Made by a program: the position numbers and the translations under genes
Source: an uncultured Acidimicrobiia bacterium
GTDB lineage: Bacteria > Acidobacteriota > Terriglobia > Versatilivoradales > Versatilivoraceae
Direction of reading: 5' to 3'
DNA: 64,000 nt
Assembly: GCA_963786955.1 (NCBI GenBank)
Contig: CAWBAT010000009.1
Span: 96,001 to 160,000, forward strand
In this document: piece after piece, positions 63,601 to 64,000 of the stretch
How the letters are laid out: every line of letters begins with the position of its first letter
Position numbering within the stretch: the stretch's first letter is position 1
Notes under the pieces: generated by a model
The model's input: the letters and a program-made list of their open reading frames with translations, nothing else
Told to the model about the DNA's origin: nothing
The model's database searches: none

Positions 63601-64000
63601 AGCCGAGGTTCAGGTGCTGCCAGATCCAATTGCGATCGACGGGCCATGGGAATTAGCTTTCCCTCCAGGATGGGGCGCACCGGATCATGTGACCTTGCAG
63701 CAACTCATTTCCTGGACAGATCACCCTAATCCAGGAGTGAAGTATTTTTCAGGGACAGCCATTTACCGAAGGCAATTCAATCTGCCTTCAGGTCTGCTGG
63801 ATCGACAGCGCCGTTACGATCTGGATTTGGGACATGTGTTCGTCATCGCGCAGGTGAACCTAAACGGTCGCGATCTCGGCATCTTGTGGAAACCGCCTTT
63901 CCAAGTGGATATCACAGATACCCTTCATCCGGGCGCGAATGAGCTGGTGGTAAACATCGTCAACCTGTGGCCAAACCGTTTGATTGGCGATGAACAACTG
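60623..64000 (+). CDS. Alpha-L-rhamnosidase-like GH106 protein with Tat signal (runs off the window; absent from the ORF track)
   Basis: AAGGAG then MTFIYNRRWFL...FLDPP...PWVYW...GITADLEAM...GSGGPWI...GLECDK...HIDSWE...CEFW...NLWPNRLIGD. No stop seen in the stretches translated by hand. Confidence 0.88.
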   Translation, partial: MTFIYNRRWFLRNSALWALAAPTLPGISTPYPLIQAGQVGVEPAGMLAHAFLDPPEAAWPWVYWVITDGTLTREGITADLEAMRRVGIRGVLYLEVDLFVPKGPVRFLSPQWRELIQHTVKEATRLGITISMNNDGGYTGSGGPWITPELSMQVMVWSETAIIGPKRFSEVLAQPKAVQSYYKDIAVLAFPTPPAEGEGMAARSPKMTYGLDRKSFNAAGLISGDPAAVTLLPPVQEGQSQILNIDFPEPFTAQALTIALDPWNSEITGTLEASDDGQHFETIRPFRLRWPRSSVNFLKVTARYYRIIMKGPSEEVDWLFRTFAKGFPLNEVELHPDLRLEDIPGKAAYMRQEVFSGEPAITAEMAVQRNQILDLSSKLDGEGRLSWDVPAGNWTVLRIGHTSTGKMNHPAPEESLGLECDKLSKKAIEVHFAELMGKLLDDQAAIHGTALKMTHIDSWETGAQNWTPGFREEFRKKCGYDLLPYLPVLTGRAVGSREVSERFLWDLRHTIADLLLENYAGHLREISHQHGLTLSIEAYGGGPFDDVAYAGYADLPMCEFWSGKPFWWDLLMGWCKAMASAAHISGRPIVAAESYTAEPESAKWQAHPFRMKPLGDMAFTLGVNRFVFHRYCMQPWTDRLPGMTFGPFGVHYERTNTWWELSRPWHTYLARCQTLLQSGQFVADVAYLGSENSPNSFPSREAMDPPIPSGYDFDDIPPAVLLTQMTWSGGRFLLPSGMSYRILVLPPGRTMTPALLGKIKELVLVGATVVGPRPANSPSLTDYPTCDAEVQQLAAELWGDCDGVSITENRYGKGKIVWGKPLTEVLSGLSVRPDFSALDVKVGEDIRTIHRQVDGNDLYFVASGLPEARRFLCSFRVTGKRPELWWPDTGRMEPVAVFDERNESTVIPLSLDPYGSVFVVFRTDEKPTPDRVISLRRNGVELSGLAPTPAPEIQLRHEPVSVSVNPGDATGFHIEVANPGNYELKTFGGRRLRAEVQVLPDPIAIDGPWELAFPPGWGAPDHVTLQQLISWTDHPNPGVKYFSGTAIYRRQFNLPSGLLDRQRRYDLDLGHVFVIAQVNLNGRDLGILWKPPFQVDITDTLHPGANELVVNIVNLWPNRLIGDEQL

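Overview
Bacterial chromosomal window, probably Acidobacteriota (inferred from gene content and style, not from a search). The left part (about 1-38 kb) is mostly housekeeping: end of smc, purC-cvpA-Fis-like HTH, CIRCE-controlled groES/groEL, dprA-topA-trmFO-xerC-queG, ABC permeases, a cold-shock gene, tadA and tRNA-Ser(CGA). The right part (about 38-64 kb) is accessory: a corrinoid methyltransferase module, and carbohydrate enzymes (GH38, GH36, GH106, beta-helix protein, enolase-family dehydratase), three with Tat signals. Best candidate for something new is a three-gene minus-strand cassette at 49.5-51.6 kb. It has a 71-aa ORF bracketed by a perfect 17-bp inverted repeat whose imperfect extension reaches the next start codon, a standalone cyanophycin-synthetase N-domain (Cx19HxxEH motif intact) apparently fused to a globin-like domain, and an XRE regulator. 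Other signals missed by the ORF track: a UGA-recoded ArsC-like selenoprotein with a SECIS-like hairpin, a GH106 gene running off the right edge, three single-base frameshifts (possibly assembly errors), a duplicated 71-bp REP array, and repeat cassettes sharing the same terminal inverted ends around different cargo.
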